64,000 bases of DNA. It comes from Octopus sinensis (Eukaryota). The stretch lies in assembly GCF_006345805.1 (NCBI RefSeq), contig NC_042998.1:26288001-26352000 (forward strand), given 5' to 3'. The position numbers and the translations under genes were made by a program. The notes below the pieces were generated by a model that saw only the letters and a list, made by a program, of their open reading frames with translations, had not been told where the DNA came from and made no database searches. Positions 1 to 11,749 of this stretch are shown one piece after another (within the stretch, counting starts at the first letter, position 1; the number at the start of each line of letters is the position of its first letter).

Positions 1-272
1 GTGTGTGCATATATATATGTATGTGTGTATGTATATATTTGTGTGTTTGCATCCTTGTTTGTCTCCCACCACCACCACTATTGCTTGACAACCGATGTTG
101 GTGTGTTTACATCCCCGTAACTTAGCAGTTTGTCAAAAGAGACCAATAGAATAAGTACCAGGCTTACAAAGAATAAGTCCAGGGGTCGATTTCTTCGGCT
201 AAAAGGTGGTGCTCCAGCATAGGCCACACTCAAAGTGACAGAAACAAGTAAAAGAAAATAATAAAAGAAAGG
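1..272 (+). mobile_element. SINE family A, 3' half
   Basis: Matches the 3' half and GAAACAAGTAAAAGA tail of the other family A copies in the window. Confidence 0.8.
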
Positions 273-294
273 AATATATTTAAAACAGATGTAT

Positions 295-678
295 ACTCTT
301 ACCCTTTACTCTTTTACTTGTTTCAGTCATTTGACTGTAGCCATGCTGGAGCACTGCCTTCAGTCAAGCAAATCAAACTCCCCAAGACTTATTCTTTGTA
401 AGCCTAGTACTTATTCTAGCTGTCTCTTTTTGCTGAACCACTAAGTTAAGGGGACATAAACACACAAGCATTGGTTGTCAAGCGATGTTGGGGGGACAAA
501 CACAGACACACAAACATACGATAGGCTTCTATCAGTTTCTGTCAACCAAATCCACTCACAAGGCTTTGGTCGGCCCGAGGCTATAGTAGAAGACACTTGC
601 CCAAGGTACCACACAGTGGGACTGAACCCGAAACCATATAGTTTGTAAGCAAGCTACTTACCACACATCCACTCCTAT
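295..678 (-). mobile_element. SINE family A (tRNA-derived head, CORE-like CCTTGGGCAAGT-type centre, internal microsatellite, CR1-type tail)
   Basis: Full-length similarity to ~15 other copies in the window. Confidence 0.85.
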
Positions 679-1469
679 GACTGGATGAACAATCTATTTT
701 CAGTTGATATTTTTCCACAGTTATGATACTCTGCAGTTTAAATTAAGAAACTGTAGATCCGCTTTAATTTCGTTTATCTATCTCTCAGGGTCATTCTTAT
801 CTGCCCAACATACCTAATACCGTAATTTGATGCATACAAACATAAAGGAAATACATAGGATGTTAGTGACAAATGTACAAGGATACTTAAATAAATTCAA
901 GTAATACACACAAATAAGCATTCACTTACGTAATTATACAAACACTAGCTGACCCTGTGCCATCAAAAATGACAGCTAATTGTAGTATTTTATATATGAA
1001 TAAGGTATAAAATAAGGTAAATAATAATCACAAATACAAACATTTACATACTTCCCTAGTACACGCACATACATATACTAGCAGAGAGTTGAAATGCTGT
1101 TAGATTTTTCTTTTCAGCATTGAACGTTCACCATCCCACTTCCACTGCACACATGCACACACACAAACATTCATATACCTCCCTTTTACATATAGATACA
1201 TACACTTATACAGAGTTGAAACACTGATTTTTTTTTCACCCCTTCCTTTCTCATTCATATGTTGTGACAGAGAAAAACAGAAGATACACGACATGCTCTT
1301 TGTCATTTCCGCTCTCTCATTGCTTTTACTTTCTCTAACTCTTTCTCAGTCAGGGTTATTACTCTCACTACTTCTCCTTCACTGAATTACTATTTTCTCT
1401 CTTCTCCCTTGACTTACATTACTCTTTCTCCTACTCTGTGATTTTGGACAAATATATATATACACACAT

Positions 1470-1515
<46 letters not shown>

Positions 1516-1516
<1 letters not shown>

Positions 1517-1928
1517 GGCATAAGAGTGGCTGTGTGGCAAGTAGCTTGCTTATGAACCACACGGTTCCGAGTTCAATCCCACTGCGTGGCATCTTGGGCG
1601 TGTGTCCTCTACTATAGCTTCAGGCTGACCAAAGTCTTGTGAGTGGATTTAGTAGATGGAAACTGAAAGAAGCCCATCATATATATGTATATATATATAT
1701 GTGTGTCTATGTGTGTGTATATGTTTATGTGTCTTTGTTTGTCCCCACCAACATCGCTTGACAACCGATGCTGGAGTGTTTATGTCCCCACAACTTAGCG
1801 GTTTGGCAAAAGAGACCGATAGAATAAGTACTAGGCTTACAAAGAATAAGTCCTGGGGTCAATTTGCTTGACTAAAGGCGGTGCTCCAGCATGGCCACAG
1901 TCAAATGACTGAAACTAGTAAAAGAGTA
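1516..1928 (+). mobile_element. SINE family A, full length
   Basis: A-box/B-box-like head (GTGGCTGTGTGGCAAG...GAGTTCAATCCC); tail CAGTCAAATGACTGAAACTAGTAAAAGAGT. Confidence 0.85.
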
Positions 1929-2700
1929 TCTCTGCCTGGCCCCGTGTCGGTGGCACGTAAAAGCACCATCCGTTCGTGTTCGTTGCCAGCCTCGCCTGGC
2001 CCCGTGCCGGTGACACGTAAAAGCACCGTCCGTTCGTGGCCGTTGGCCAGCTCTGTCTGGCCCCGTGTCGGTGGCACGTAAAAGCACCATCCGTTCGTGG
2101 CCGTTTGCCAGCTCTGTCTGGCCCCGTGTCGGTGGCACGTAAAAGCACCATCCGTCCGTGTCCGTTGACAGCCTCGGCTGGCCCCCGTGCCGGTGACACG
2201 TAAAAGCACCGTCCGCTCGTGGCCGTTTGCCAGCTCTGTCTGGCAACCGTGTCGGTGGCATGTAAAAGCACCATCTGTTCGCGTCCGTTGCCAGCCTCGG
2301 CTGGCCCCCGTGCCGGTGACACGTAAAAGCACCATCCGTTCGTGGCCGTTTGCCAGCTCTGTCTGGCCCCGTGTCGGTGGCACGTAAAAGCACCATCCGT
2401 CCGTGTCCGTTGCCAGCCTCGGCTGACCCCCGTGCCGGTGACACGTAAAAGCACCGTCCGCTCGTGGCCGTTTGCCAGCTCTGTCTGGCCCCCATGCCGG
2501 TGACACGTAAAAGCACCGTCCGTTCGTGGCCGTTTGCCAGCTCTGTCTGGCAACCGTGTCGGTGGCACGTAAAATGCACCATCCGTTCTCGTCCGTTGCC
2601 AGCCTCGGCTGGCCCCCGTGCCGGTGACACGTAAAAGCACCGTCCGTTCGTGGCCGTTCGCCAGCTCTGTCTGGCACCTGTGCAGGTGGCACGTAAAAAA
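1929..2700 (+). repeat. GC/CpG-rich minisatellite, 13 units of ~60-61 bp, expanded from the RTE 3' UTR motif
   Basis: GTAAAAGCACC core recurs at ~61-bp spacing from ~1957 to ~2692 and runs directly into the RTE 3' end. Confidence 0.9.
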
Positions 2701-2873
2701 CACCCACTACACTCGCGGAGTGGTTGGCGTTAGGAAGGGCATCCAGCCGTAGAAACACTGCCAGATCTGACTGGGCCTGACGAAGCCTTCCAGCTTCACA
2801 GACCCCAGTTGACCCGTCCAACCCATGCTAGCATGGAAAACGGACGCTAAACGATGATGATGATGATGATGAT
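1929..2873 (+). mobile_element. RTE-clade LINE 3' UTR fragment (family B) with (GAT)n tail
   Basis: GGTTGGCGTTAGGAAGGGCATCC...CCATGCTAGCATGG...(GAT)n; the same end is joined to RTE ORF C-termini in the copies at 11926-12510 and 63424-63959. Confidence 0.8.
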
Positions 2874-4270
2874 ATATATATATATATATATATACACGCG
2901 CACACACACACACACAGACACACACAAATATATAAAAGCACTACGATCATTATTATATTAGGAGATACGTCACTTCATACAGATTTTCATTTATATGTTC
3001 CATCCACTTTAAGAGCATCAGTAATTGCATTGTTTTTCAAGCAAATGCTAACTCATAGCTACTCATGCTTACAACACTACTTCACCATCATAATCATCCT
3101 CATCATCATCAATCAATTAACCATTCCTTCATTTATGTATTCTTTCATTCTGCAACTGAAATTTTCTAGGGGTGGGACTGGAATTTCAGGATTCCAGAAG
3201 AAAAATTTGAGGATTCTACAGTGAGGAAATTGTTTTAGGTTGAAAAATTCTTTATCAGTAAGTCTCACTGCTTTCGTGAGATCTATTGAGGATGTTAATG
3301 TTAAAATTGATATAAAGCTGCTGATGTGATACAATAAACCATGTCATATGGGGGACTACACGTTACTTATCGTGTCAGGGGAAATCAACATGGTGAACAA
3401 GAAGGGGGCTGGGAGGATACAGCAAAAGAAAAAAAAAAAAAAGAAACAGTGTTATGCCACATGAATGTTTGTAAGAATATCAAACTACCTACATGCTCAT
3501 ACTATTTACTTCAGTCTGAAGAGCAATCTATTGCTTTTTATGTGGGCCATGTTTTAAAGGCAACGGCTCCTTGTTGTGTTTATTAAATGGAGCACAGCGA
3601 AAGAGATGAATAATGTTATGTAGGTGTTGTGTTGTATAAATTAAACATGGGAGACTTATTTACATAATGTTATGACAGAATACAGCCACCATGTAAGTTA
3701 AGGTGGAGGGAATTATGACGAGTATATTTCTGATGTTCCCCTTCGTAATATGCTCGCACTTTTAAGATCTAAAGTCAGTTATAGACTGAGAACACCTATG
3801 ATCAAAAGTGTTCCACTCATGACCATCCCAGCCAATATTTCTTATTAGGACTAATCATAGTGCTGTTTCCTTTTCAAGACAACAGGGTCTCAGGTGCAAG
3901 AATGAAATTTACTCAAGGGTTGCAAACCCAGGTCCAACCCAGGATGTTCAAAGCATTTTTATTGGTCCACAAAAATTTTAGGGGTGGGTGTCCCTGCATC
4001 CCTTGTTCCTGAGCCTATGTACAGGATGATGCTAATTTGAAGGCGTTTTGGTTATTATTTTTAACTGGATAAACCACCAAGGAAGCTATCTTACTGGCTT
4101 TTAATTATTATTTTTTTAATGACAGCACTTGCAGATTGTATAGGTATAGTGGTACTGTATGGCTGTATTTGTTCAACAAATATTACATTTTTATTGCCAT
4201 CTCTTGCCATATATGTTATATTTGATGGTATTGAAAATATTTTCTTCTTATTTAGAAAGTAAAAAAAAAT

Positions 4271-4523
4271 AAATGCACCCTTTTAAAGCCTAGCCAGGCT
4301 CATGGACCCGGCTTCTCGGTTTCAATGGCATATGTGTTCCCCAGCCGGATGGGACGCCAATCCATCGCAGCGTTACTCATTTTTGCCAGCTGAGTGGACT
4401 GGAGCAACGTGAAATGAAGTGTTTTGCTCAGGAACACAACACGTTGCCCAGTCCAGGAATTGAAACCACGATCTTATGATCGTGATGCTGACACCCTAAC
4501 CACTAAGCCACGTGCCTTCACAT
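4271..4523 (-). mobile_element. SINE family C (tRNA-derived head, CORE-like centre)
   Basis: Minus strand reads GGCTTAGTGGTTAGGG...GGTTTCAATTCC...TTCCTGAGCAAAACACTT; related copies at 25677, 28855 and 35440. Confidence 0.75.
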
Positions 4524-4552
4524 GTCAGCTAATGTAATAGAAATCTCTTTAA

Positions 4553-4773
4553 CCCTTTTGCATTTAATCCAGCCATAACCAGCCCAAATATTCCACCTGT
4601 TTTATGTTAAAACTGTCTGGATCCAACCTCTCACACCTACCCTACAATGTCATTTTAAAAATATATAGCCACACCATTTAAATTTTGAGGTTGCAAAATA
4701 ATATGTAATTAATTCAAAACAGTATGAATTAAATAGGCAATAAATTTCACAAAGAAATCTGAATGCTAAAGGG
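4553..4773. mobile_element. piggyBac-like MITE
   Basis: TTAA on both sides (4549-4552, 4774-4777); TIRs CCCTTTTGCATT / AATGCTAAAGGG; second copy at 26720-26956. Confidence 0.75.
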
Positions 4774-5004
4774 TTAAACCCACAATGTTTTTTTCTTTTT
4801 TTTCAAATAATCAAGCTGGTCATCTCACTCTATACTTTCACACATACCACAGATTCATTGTCTTTCATTGCAGACATTTTTAAAGAAGCCAACACACAGA
4901 ATGAATATTAAATTAAATACAAAACAATTTCATTCAAACTACATTACAGAAAGGAAAGCTGAGACAGCAAGCAACAGGTAATTCCAAAATGATTCCAGCT
5001 CCCC

Positions 5005-5150
5005 ATGGATATTTTCTCTCTTCCATGCTCTTTTCAACATTTATGTAGATGATTGTCTGACTCTTCTCCATCCCAAATATAACAAATAAAGGTGGCAAAA
5101 TATGTTGATGCTATTACTATCGACACATCACATCCAGACATTAGCATCAT
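5005..5150 (+). pseudogene. Highly degraded non-LTR reverse transcriptase fragment
   Basis: Frameshifted LFNIYVDD-like and KYVD(D)-like motifs. Confidence 0.35.
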
Positions 5151-5482
5151 CAATTATGCAACCATAATTATCACCAACGATGTAAATATATACATTACAA
5201 TATCAGCAGAAATTAGGCAGAGAATATTCTACCATGCCTTGACCCTATCGTATCATTTGAGATGCCTGAGTTGATAAAAATCAAATGATATCCATATCCT
5301 TATCAGAAAAGTTGTATCTTGGTGGTTGGATGATCTTTTAAATATCTATCTCAGTTTATTAAGTGGATGGGGTCACCAGGAGAGAATCCCCAAAGTTCAC
5401 AATGTCTATTAACTGTATCATAATACTCTTCAGATATATCAGCATTCTTCTGCCCTGTTTCTTTTCTCTGCATTAACATACA

Positions 5483-5846
5483 CTAGCAGTATCGCTCAGT
5501 ATTGCTCAGGTTTGTTTCGACCCTTTAGAATTGGAATTTTTGAAAAGTAAAAATTCTGCATTATGTAGCTTGGTTGAAATACACCGAAAAATGGCGACAC
5601 AGCAGTAAAAAAATCGTAAAAAATAGGGATTTTCATAGAAAAAAAGCACCTTTTTGATGTAAATAATTTTTGGTGTTAACATGATCCGATTTGAATTTTT
5701 TCTCCTACGGAAGGAAGAGCAAGCCTTCTTCTATCATACTCTCAATTTTGGTCAACTTCCGCTGCAGGGTCTCGGAGAAGATAGTGTTAGTTGAAGGCTA
5801 CCAAACCTTCCATACACAGACAACTTCAGCTTTATATATATAGAGA
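5483..5846 (-). mobile_element. Non-autonomous Helitron
   Basis: Minus strand begins A|TCTCTATATATATAAA and ends CTAG|T; close copy at 50992-51379. Confidence 0.75.
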
Positions 5847-6241
5847 TTTAATGCATTCATTCATAAAGAAAATATAATCATTTAGTCATAACTAGGAAAA
5901 GATTTTCATGAAGATCTATCAACAATCTCAATCTTAATCACCAAATCAGTGGCTGTCAACCATTTTTTACCTATGCGAAGAATACCGATAGTTCATTGAA
6001 GAATGCAGTGAACTTAGGCTTTTATTTGCTTACAATTCTACTAGCTCTCGAAAACAATATACACACTTTAATTTATACTTATTCAGTAAGATACAAAAAT
6101 ATACACTATTAATATCCAGCACAAGTCCACATACTCAAACAAAAGAAGAGTTGACGTATTTAAACGAATGAACCAATATATTCACCTGTTTAATATTGAA
6201 TTCACTCATTTTTACTTTCCATTTAATATTCTAATAACACT

Positions 6242-6637
6242 AAGGCAGCAAGCTGGCAGAAACATTAGCACGCCAGGTGAAATACTTAGCGGTATTTCAT
6301 CTGCCTTTACGTTCTGAGTTCAAATTCCGCCGAGGTCGACTTTGCCTTTCATCCTTTCCAAGTCGAAAAATTAAATACCAGTTACGCACTGGGGTCAATG
6401 TAATCGACTTAATCTGTTTATTTGTCCTTGTTTATCCCCTCTATGTTTAGCCCCTTGTGAGTAGTAAAGAAATAGGTATTTCGTCTGTCTTTACGTTCTG
6501 AGTTCAAATCCTGTCGAGGTCAACTTTGCCTTTCATCCTTTCGAGGTCGATAAATAAAGTATCAGTTGCAAACTGGGGTCAATCTAATCAACTGCCCCCA
6601 GCACAAAATTTCAGGCCTTTTACCTAAAGAAAAAAAG
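6242..6637 (+). mobile_element. SINE family E dimer (tail-1 unit plus tail-2 unit)
   Basis: 17-bp TSD AATATTCTAATAACACT (6225-6241, 6638-6654); centre GCCTTTCATCCTTTC...GTCGA..AGTACCAG resembles the MetaSINE domain (from memory). Confidence 0.85.
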
Positions 6638-6958
6638 AATATTCTAATAACACTTTATTATAATCTAAATGCACAAAGTCAGATGAAACGGGTTCAAATT
6701 CTATGGCTGTTTTAAGTAATCAAACAGCTGTATCTGAGAACTATAAAATACACCAGAAAGCTTTTATTCAATCTACATAATTACATAAAATCACAACACT
6801 ATGAACCTGTTGTGTTCCTATTTTATTCAGGAGTGGGGTCGGGGTATATCATAGCCATTCAATGTTAAAAAACGCCCATTATATTTTCATGATTAAATAA
6901 TTTAAGGAATTGTACAAAAATATCTAAATATTTTGTGCATTGTAGAAACATAACCAGT

Positions 6959-7373
6959 AAGGTGGCGAGCTGGCAGAATCATTAGCACGCCGGGCGAAAT
7001 GCTTAGTGGTATTTCGTCTACCACTATGTTCTGAGTTCAAATTCTGCTGAGGTTGACTTTGCCTTTCATCCTTTCGGAGTCGATAAAATAAGTACCAGTT
7101 ACGCACTGGGGTCGATGTAATCGACTTAATCTGTTTGTCTGTCCTTGTTTGTCCCCTCTATGTTTAGCCCCTTGTGGATAATAAAGAAATAGGTATTTCG
7201 TCTGCTGCTACGTTCTGAGTTCAAATTCCGCCGAGGTCGACTTTGCCTTTCATCCTTTCGGGGTCGATTAAATAAGTACCAGTTACACACTGGGTCGATA
7301 TAATCGACTTAATCCATTTGTCTGTCCTTGTTTGTCCTCTCTGTGTTTAGCCCCTTGTGGGCAATAAAGAAAT
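6959..7373 (+). mobile_element. SINE family E dimer (two tail-1 units)
   Basis: Second unit starts at GGTATTTCG (7192), right after tail AATAAAGAAATA. Confidence 0.85.
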
Positions 7374-7439
7374 GATATCCAAATTACAGTGGAAAGGACT
7401 AGCCACTGGATTTTGTTAAAAAGCAATGATGAGCAATGG

Positions 7440-7680
7440 CTAGAAGAATATTGAGCTATTTGATAACCAGGGTTAGCATCACCGGTGATGTGTCCAACCT
7501 TTTCATGGTATGGTGGAGCAGGAGGCTTAAAGAATGCTTCAAACACTACTCCATACTCGTGAACATGTACTCTCACTATGTCGATGATATCAACATAGTG
7601 GTAAAGGCACCTTCACAAGAGAGTACCCTTGAAATAGAAATAGAAACTAATACTATGGAGAGCATCCAGAAAATAGCAAG
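7440..7680 (+). pseudogene. Penelope-like element reverse transcriptase fragment
   Basis: GDVSNLFMVWW...YSHYVDDINIVV; closely similar to 12925-13135. Confidence 0.7.
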
Positions 7681-8404
7681 TGGGGCCTCAGGTCAGTGAC
7701 TGGCAGGGATCAAGTGCACAATGATGCTGTCACGAGGTAGGCCCCGAAACGGCGTGCATCCTCTCCAAATGATTTCATACACTTGCTGATTTCTGGTATG
7801 TGAGGCTTTCGACTGGCAGCACTTGCATGTGCAAGTTGTTTGTAAAACAATGACATTTTCTATAACCTTACTCTTGGTTAATCACTTGAATTCCTCTCAT
7901 TTCTCTCTCTTGGGAATGTAAATATTGCCTTTGTTGCAGTTAATAAGGGGGAAAATATATATATAAGGATAACACTTCTCTCTGTTTATGTGATAGACTA
8001 AACTTCTAATATCCAAGCAACTATTTTCAAGTATCACTAACTCAGTCGTTAATCGTTTTACTCACCATTTCCTATCAATAACTGCTATCATCTGTTCATA
8101 CCCCGAATGGAGCAGAATAATGAATGTTATACATCGTTCTATTAAATGAGGCGTATCTCTTATTTTGGACAAATATTCTGCCATTGTTGTTTGTTTTAGA
8201 ATACTATTTTCTACACTATTTATTCCGTTTGTGGTTATTTTCTTAACAACAGAAACACATATCAAAGGGTTTTCTGTTAATATTGGTTGCTCTCAGGTTC
8301 AACTCATGCACCTCTGATCTGCTTTTAAATAACTTCCTTTTATTAAAAGTACTTCTTTGTAATGAAGATGGTTTTTCACAAATGACTGCATAACAGTAAC
8401 TTTT

Positions 8405-8849
8405 TCATTTAACCATGCCAGCACCGCCTTGACTGGCTTCTGTGCCGGTGGCACATGACCAACTGTGCTTGAGGAAACCTATTGAGTCAAGTACATCAAC
8501 ATCAACATCAAAATAAATATCAAATGGAAATTGTAGTTGTGATACCTGTGCCAGTGGCACGTAAAAAGCACCATCCGAACAGGGCTGATGCCAGCACCAC
8601 CTGACTAGCTTCTGTGCTGGTGGCACATAAAAAGCACCAACCAATCATGGCTGCTGCCAGTCACCCCTGGCACCTGTGCCGGTGGCACATAAAAAGCACC
8701 CACTACACTCACGGAGTGGTTGGCATTAGGAAGGGCATCCAGCTGTAGAAACACTGCCAGATCAGACTGGAGCCTGGTGCAGCCTCCTGGCTTCCCAGAC
8801 CCCGGTCGAACCATCCAACCCATGCTAGCATGGAAAACGGACGTTAAAC

Positions 8850-8880
<31 letters not shown>

Positions 8881-8917
8881 GTGATGGTGATGGTGGTGGT
8901 GGTGGTGGTGATGGTGA

Positions 8918-8951
<34 letters not shown>

Positions 8952-8988
8952 GGTGGTGGTGATGGTGATGGTGATGATGATGATGATG
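8405..8988 (+). mobile_element. RTE 3' UTR fragment (family B) with long (GAT/GGT)n tail
   Basis: Several GTGCCGGTGGCAC motifs, the conserved 3' end, and a ~140-bp triplet tail. Confidence 0.8.
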
Positions 8989-9070
8989 AATAAATACCCA
9001 AAGTTTTACCGTCTGCAATTCCCTCCAACATCAAATACATTCACTCTTTCTTTCTTTTCTTTTTTTTTCT

Positions 9071-9464
9071 TTTTACTTGTTTCAGTCATTTGACTGCGGC
9101 CATGCTGGAGCACCACCTTTTATCGAGCAACTCGACCCCGGGACTTATTCTTTTGTAAGCCCAGTACTTGTTTTATCAGTCTTTTTTGCCGAACCGCTAA
9201 GTAACGGGGACATAAACACACCAGCATCGGTTGTCAAGCAATGCTAGGGGGACAAATACAGACACACAAACACACATACGCATATATATATACATATATA
9301 CGATGGGCTTCTTTCAGTTTCCATCTACCAAATCCACTCACAAGGCTTTGGTCGGCCCGAGGCTATAGTAGAAGACACTTGCCCAAGGTGCCACGCAGTG
9401 GGACTGAACCCGGAACCATGTGGCTGGAAAACAAGCTACTTACCACACAGCCACTCCTGCGCCT
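9071..9464 (-). mobile_element. SINE family A, full length
   Basis: Similarity to other copies; head AGGCGCAGGAGTGG on the minus strand. Confidence 0.85.
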
Positions 9465-10158
9465 AACTGTTGTAACTCTTGTAAGAATTTGCCAAAAGTC
9501 TCCTATTCCAATACTGGTACCTACCTAGATGAACTAATAAGTGTCTACTTATTCTGAGATGATTTTGGCTGATACCAAACACATTTTCTACAGACAACAC
9601 CCATCAAGTTGTCCATATGCTAGCAATTCTTACAGCTTCTTGAATCCATCTTTCATTGTTTCCACATTAATGCTAGCTGTCCTAAAACAAACTAGCTGAA
9701 AAGAGCTGTAGTTATATTTCATCGAGTGGCTGTTTTATAAGAAGAGTTTTACACTTACTCAGATATATAGTGCTTTACATTCAATGACAAGTGTCAGATG
9801 TTTGAAAAAATTAAATCTGAAGCAAAATCACAGGAATGGTATCTGTCAAGTTTAGTCTACACTTAGAGGATGAGGGCTGTTATTTTCTTGACATCTATGT
9901 TTAAAATAACATTCACGACTAACGAGACAGTTTTATTCCATTTAGTTTATGTTAGTTTCCAGCAGCCTAAGCAAACCTTTTATAAATTTTGTAATGCCTT
10001 CACAGCAACACATGGTGACTTCCATCAATAATCTGATATTGATGCCATGTGAATGGTTTCAAGATACAAAACATCCAACACTCACTGTAGAGATTTCTAC
10101 CATCGATTTGATTGTAAAATTTATGTTAATTACTAAAAGCAGAGAAAATAAAAAGCTT

Positions 10159-10566
10159 GGATCGTCTCGGTTTGAACGGCAGTTTTTAACATAATTTCTA
10201 GGTAACTAAAAAATTTTAAACTTTGTATACTGTTTATGAAACATCTTTTTCTATTGGCTTTATTGAGAAAATTCTATAGTTTGTAAGATATTTGTTGTTC
10301 TTTTTTCTTCAATTTCTGCAATTTCAACCAATCACTGACGTCTATTGAGGTAAAAAAACATTCTGTGCCATATGAATATGTGCCTCGTTTAAGAAACAGA
10401 TTGGGTTTATTTACATTTGTGAAGAAAAAAAGATACCCTTCCCCCACCCCTAACCCTAACCCTAAAACAGATTGAAATGCAATAGATCGATACTAGGGTC
10501 ATAATTATGGGTGACAATTTCATATGAAACCACTAGAAAAAACAGCCGTTCAAACCGAAAAGATCC
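10159..10566. mobile_element. MITE with ~29-bp TIRs, 8-bp TSD and internal (CCCTAA)3
   Basis: TIR GGATCGTCTCGGTTTGAACGGCAGTTTTT vs reverse complement GGATCTTTTCGGTTTGAACGGCTGTTTTT; flanks AAAAGCTT / AAACGCTT. Confidence 0.75.
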
Positions 10567-11324
10567 AAACGCTTTCCTTAGATTCAGTAACATATGAGGT
10601 GAAGAATGGATGTGAGATATGTTAAAGATACTCAATAATTTGTACACAACTAAAGAATAGAAGGAAAGAAAGCAACTTAATAAGATCAAAGAAACTCTTT
10701 GTACTTATCATATTAATACTTTTGAGAAGAAAATTCATTAAAAAATTTGGAATGTTCAATGGTGTTATTAGAATCACTTTTCACTTTATGATGTCAACGA
10801 TAATGTTATTTCTTTTCTAACCAAGTAGTTTGTCATTTAACTATTGTATTGTTGACAAAATTGGAAAATACTTTTGTGGCAAGCAGCAGCTGAAAATCTA
10901 TCATTAACTGTGAACTGTTTTGTATAGATTATACATTTGTAATGTACACATTGCCAATGTAAACATTGGTTTCCATCTAGCCATTATAGAAAAATTGGCA
11001 CCAAATCTCATTGCTAGTGAAATCTCATCTCATAGGTCAGTTACACTGGCTGTAGTAATTTTCTTTTATCTGAGCCATTGTATTCTAACTTAAACACACT
11101 CAAAGAGGTGTGTGTGTGTGTAAGAGAGAGAGAGGAACATATGCAACAGATTCCAGAACTGTCTTAAGGCCATGATGAAAACTGAGAGCTTGATGGTACA
11201 GAGCACTCAGCTGGTATTTGAGAGGCACAGAGTTCGAATCTCCATAGCTACCTGCTGGCAAATTTATTCCATCTAAACTGCATTTGAAATTTACTTTCAG
11301 GTCTGTAGAATATATATATATATA

Positions 11325-11498
11325 TATAACGGAAGGTTTACGAAAATAAACAAAAGACAAAGGCAGGTGGAGTACAAACAAATAATTATTAATAGAAATA
11401 AAACAAGTCTTTTACGTTTCGAGCCTACGCTCTTCGACAGAAAGATACACAGAAAAGAAACAAGGAGAGAAAAAAATTGCGTGTAGGGGCTAACGATA
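11325..11498 (-). mobile_element. Penelope-like terminal-repeat fragment carrying a minimal hammerhead-like motif (11408-11445)
   Basis: Minus strand TCTTT-CTGTCGA-A-GAGCGTAGGCTC-GAAACGTA-AAAGA; related copies at ~22075, 36780, 39545 and 40280. Confidence 0.6.
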
Positions 11499-11708
11499 TA
11501 CTCCTTTACTCTTTTACTTATTTTGGTCATTTGACTGTGGCCATGTTGGAGCACCGCCTTTAGCTGAGCAAATCGACCCAGGACTTATTCTTTGTAAGCT
11601 TATTACTTATTCTATCCGTCTCTTTTGCCAAACCGCTAAGTTACGGGGATGTAAACACATCAGCATCGGTTGTCAAGCGATGTTGGGGGGACAAACACAG
11701 ACACACAA

Positions 11709-11749
<41 letters not shown>

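Noticed and set aside
1929-2700. CRISPR-like regular array and the 250-300 aa ORFs over it
   Set aside because: No unique spacers and no cas genes; eukaryotic context; the ORFs are read-throughs of a tandem repeat.
4873-4977. Additional + strand exon candidates (also ~10981-11035 and ~20488-20504)
   Set aside because: Open in one frame with plausible splice sites, but weak acceptors and no way to link them. Expected by chance in AT-rich DNA.
7723-7760. Hammerhead-like GATG-CTGTCACGA...CCGAAAC-GGC-GTG-CATC next to the PLE RT fragment
   Set aside because: Core has the wrong length, stem II is poor and the triplet would be GUG. At best a decayed relic.
8605-9093. Poly-His, poly-Met and poly-Ser ORFs
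   Set aside because: Translations of the (GAT/GGT)n retroelement tail.
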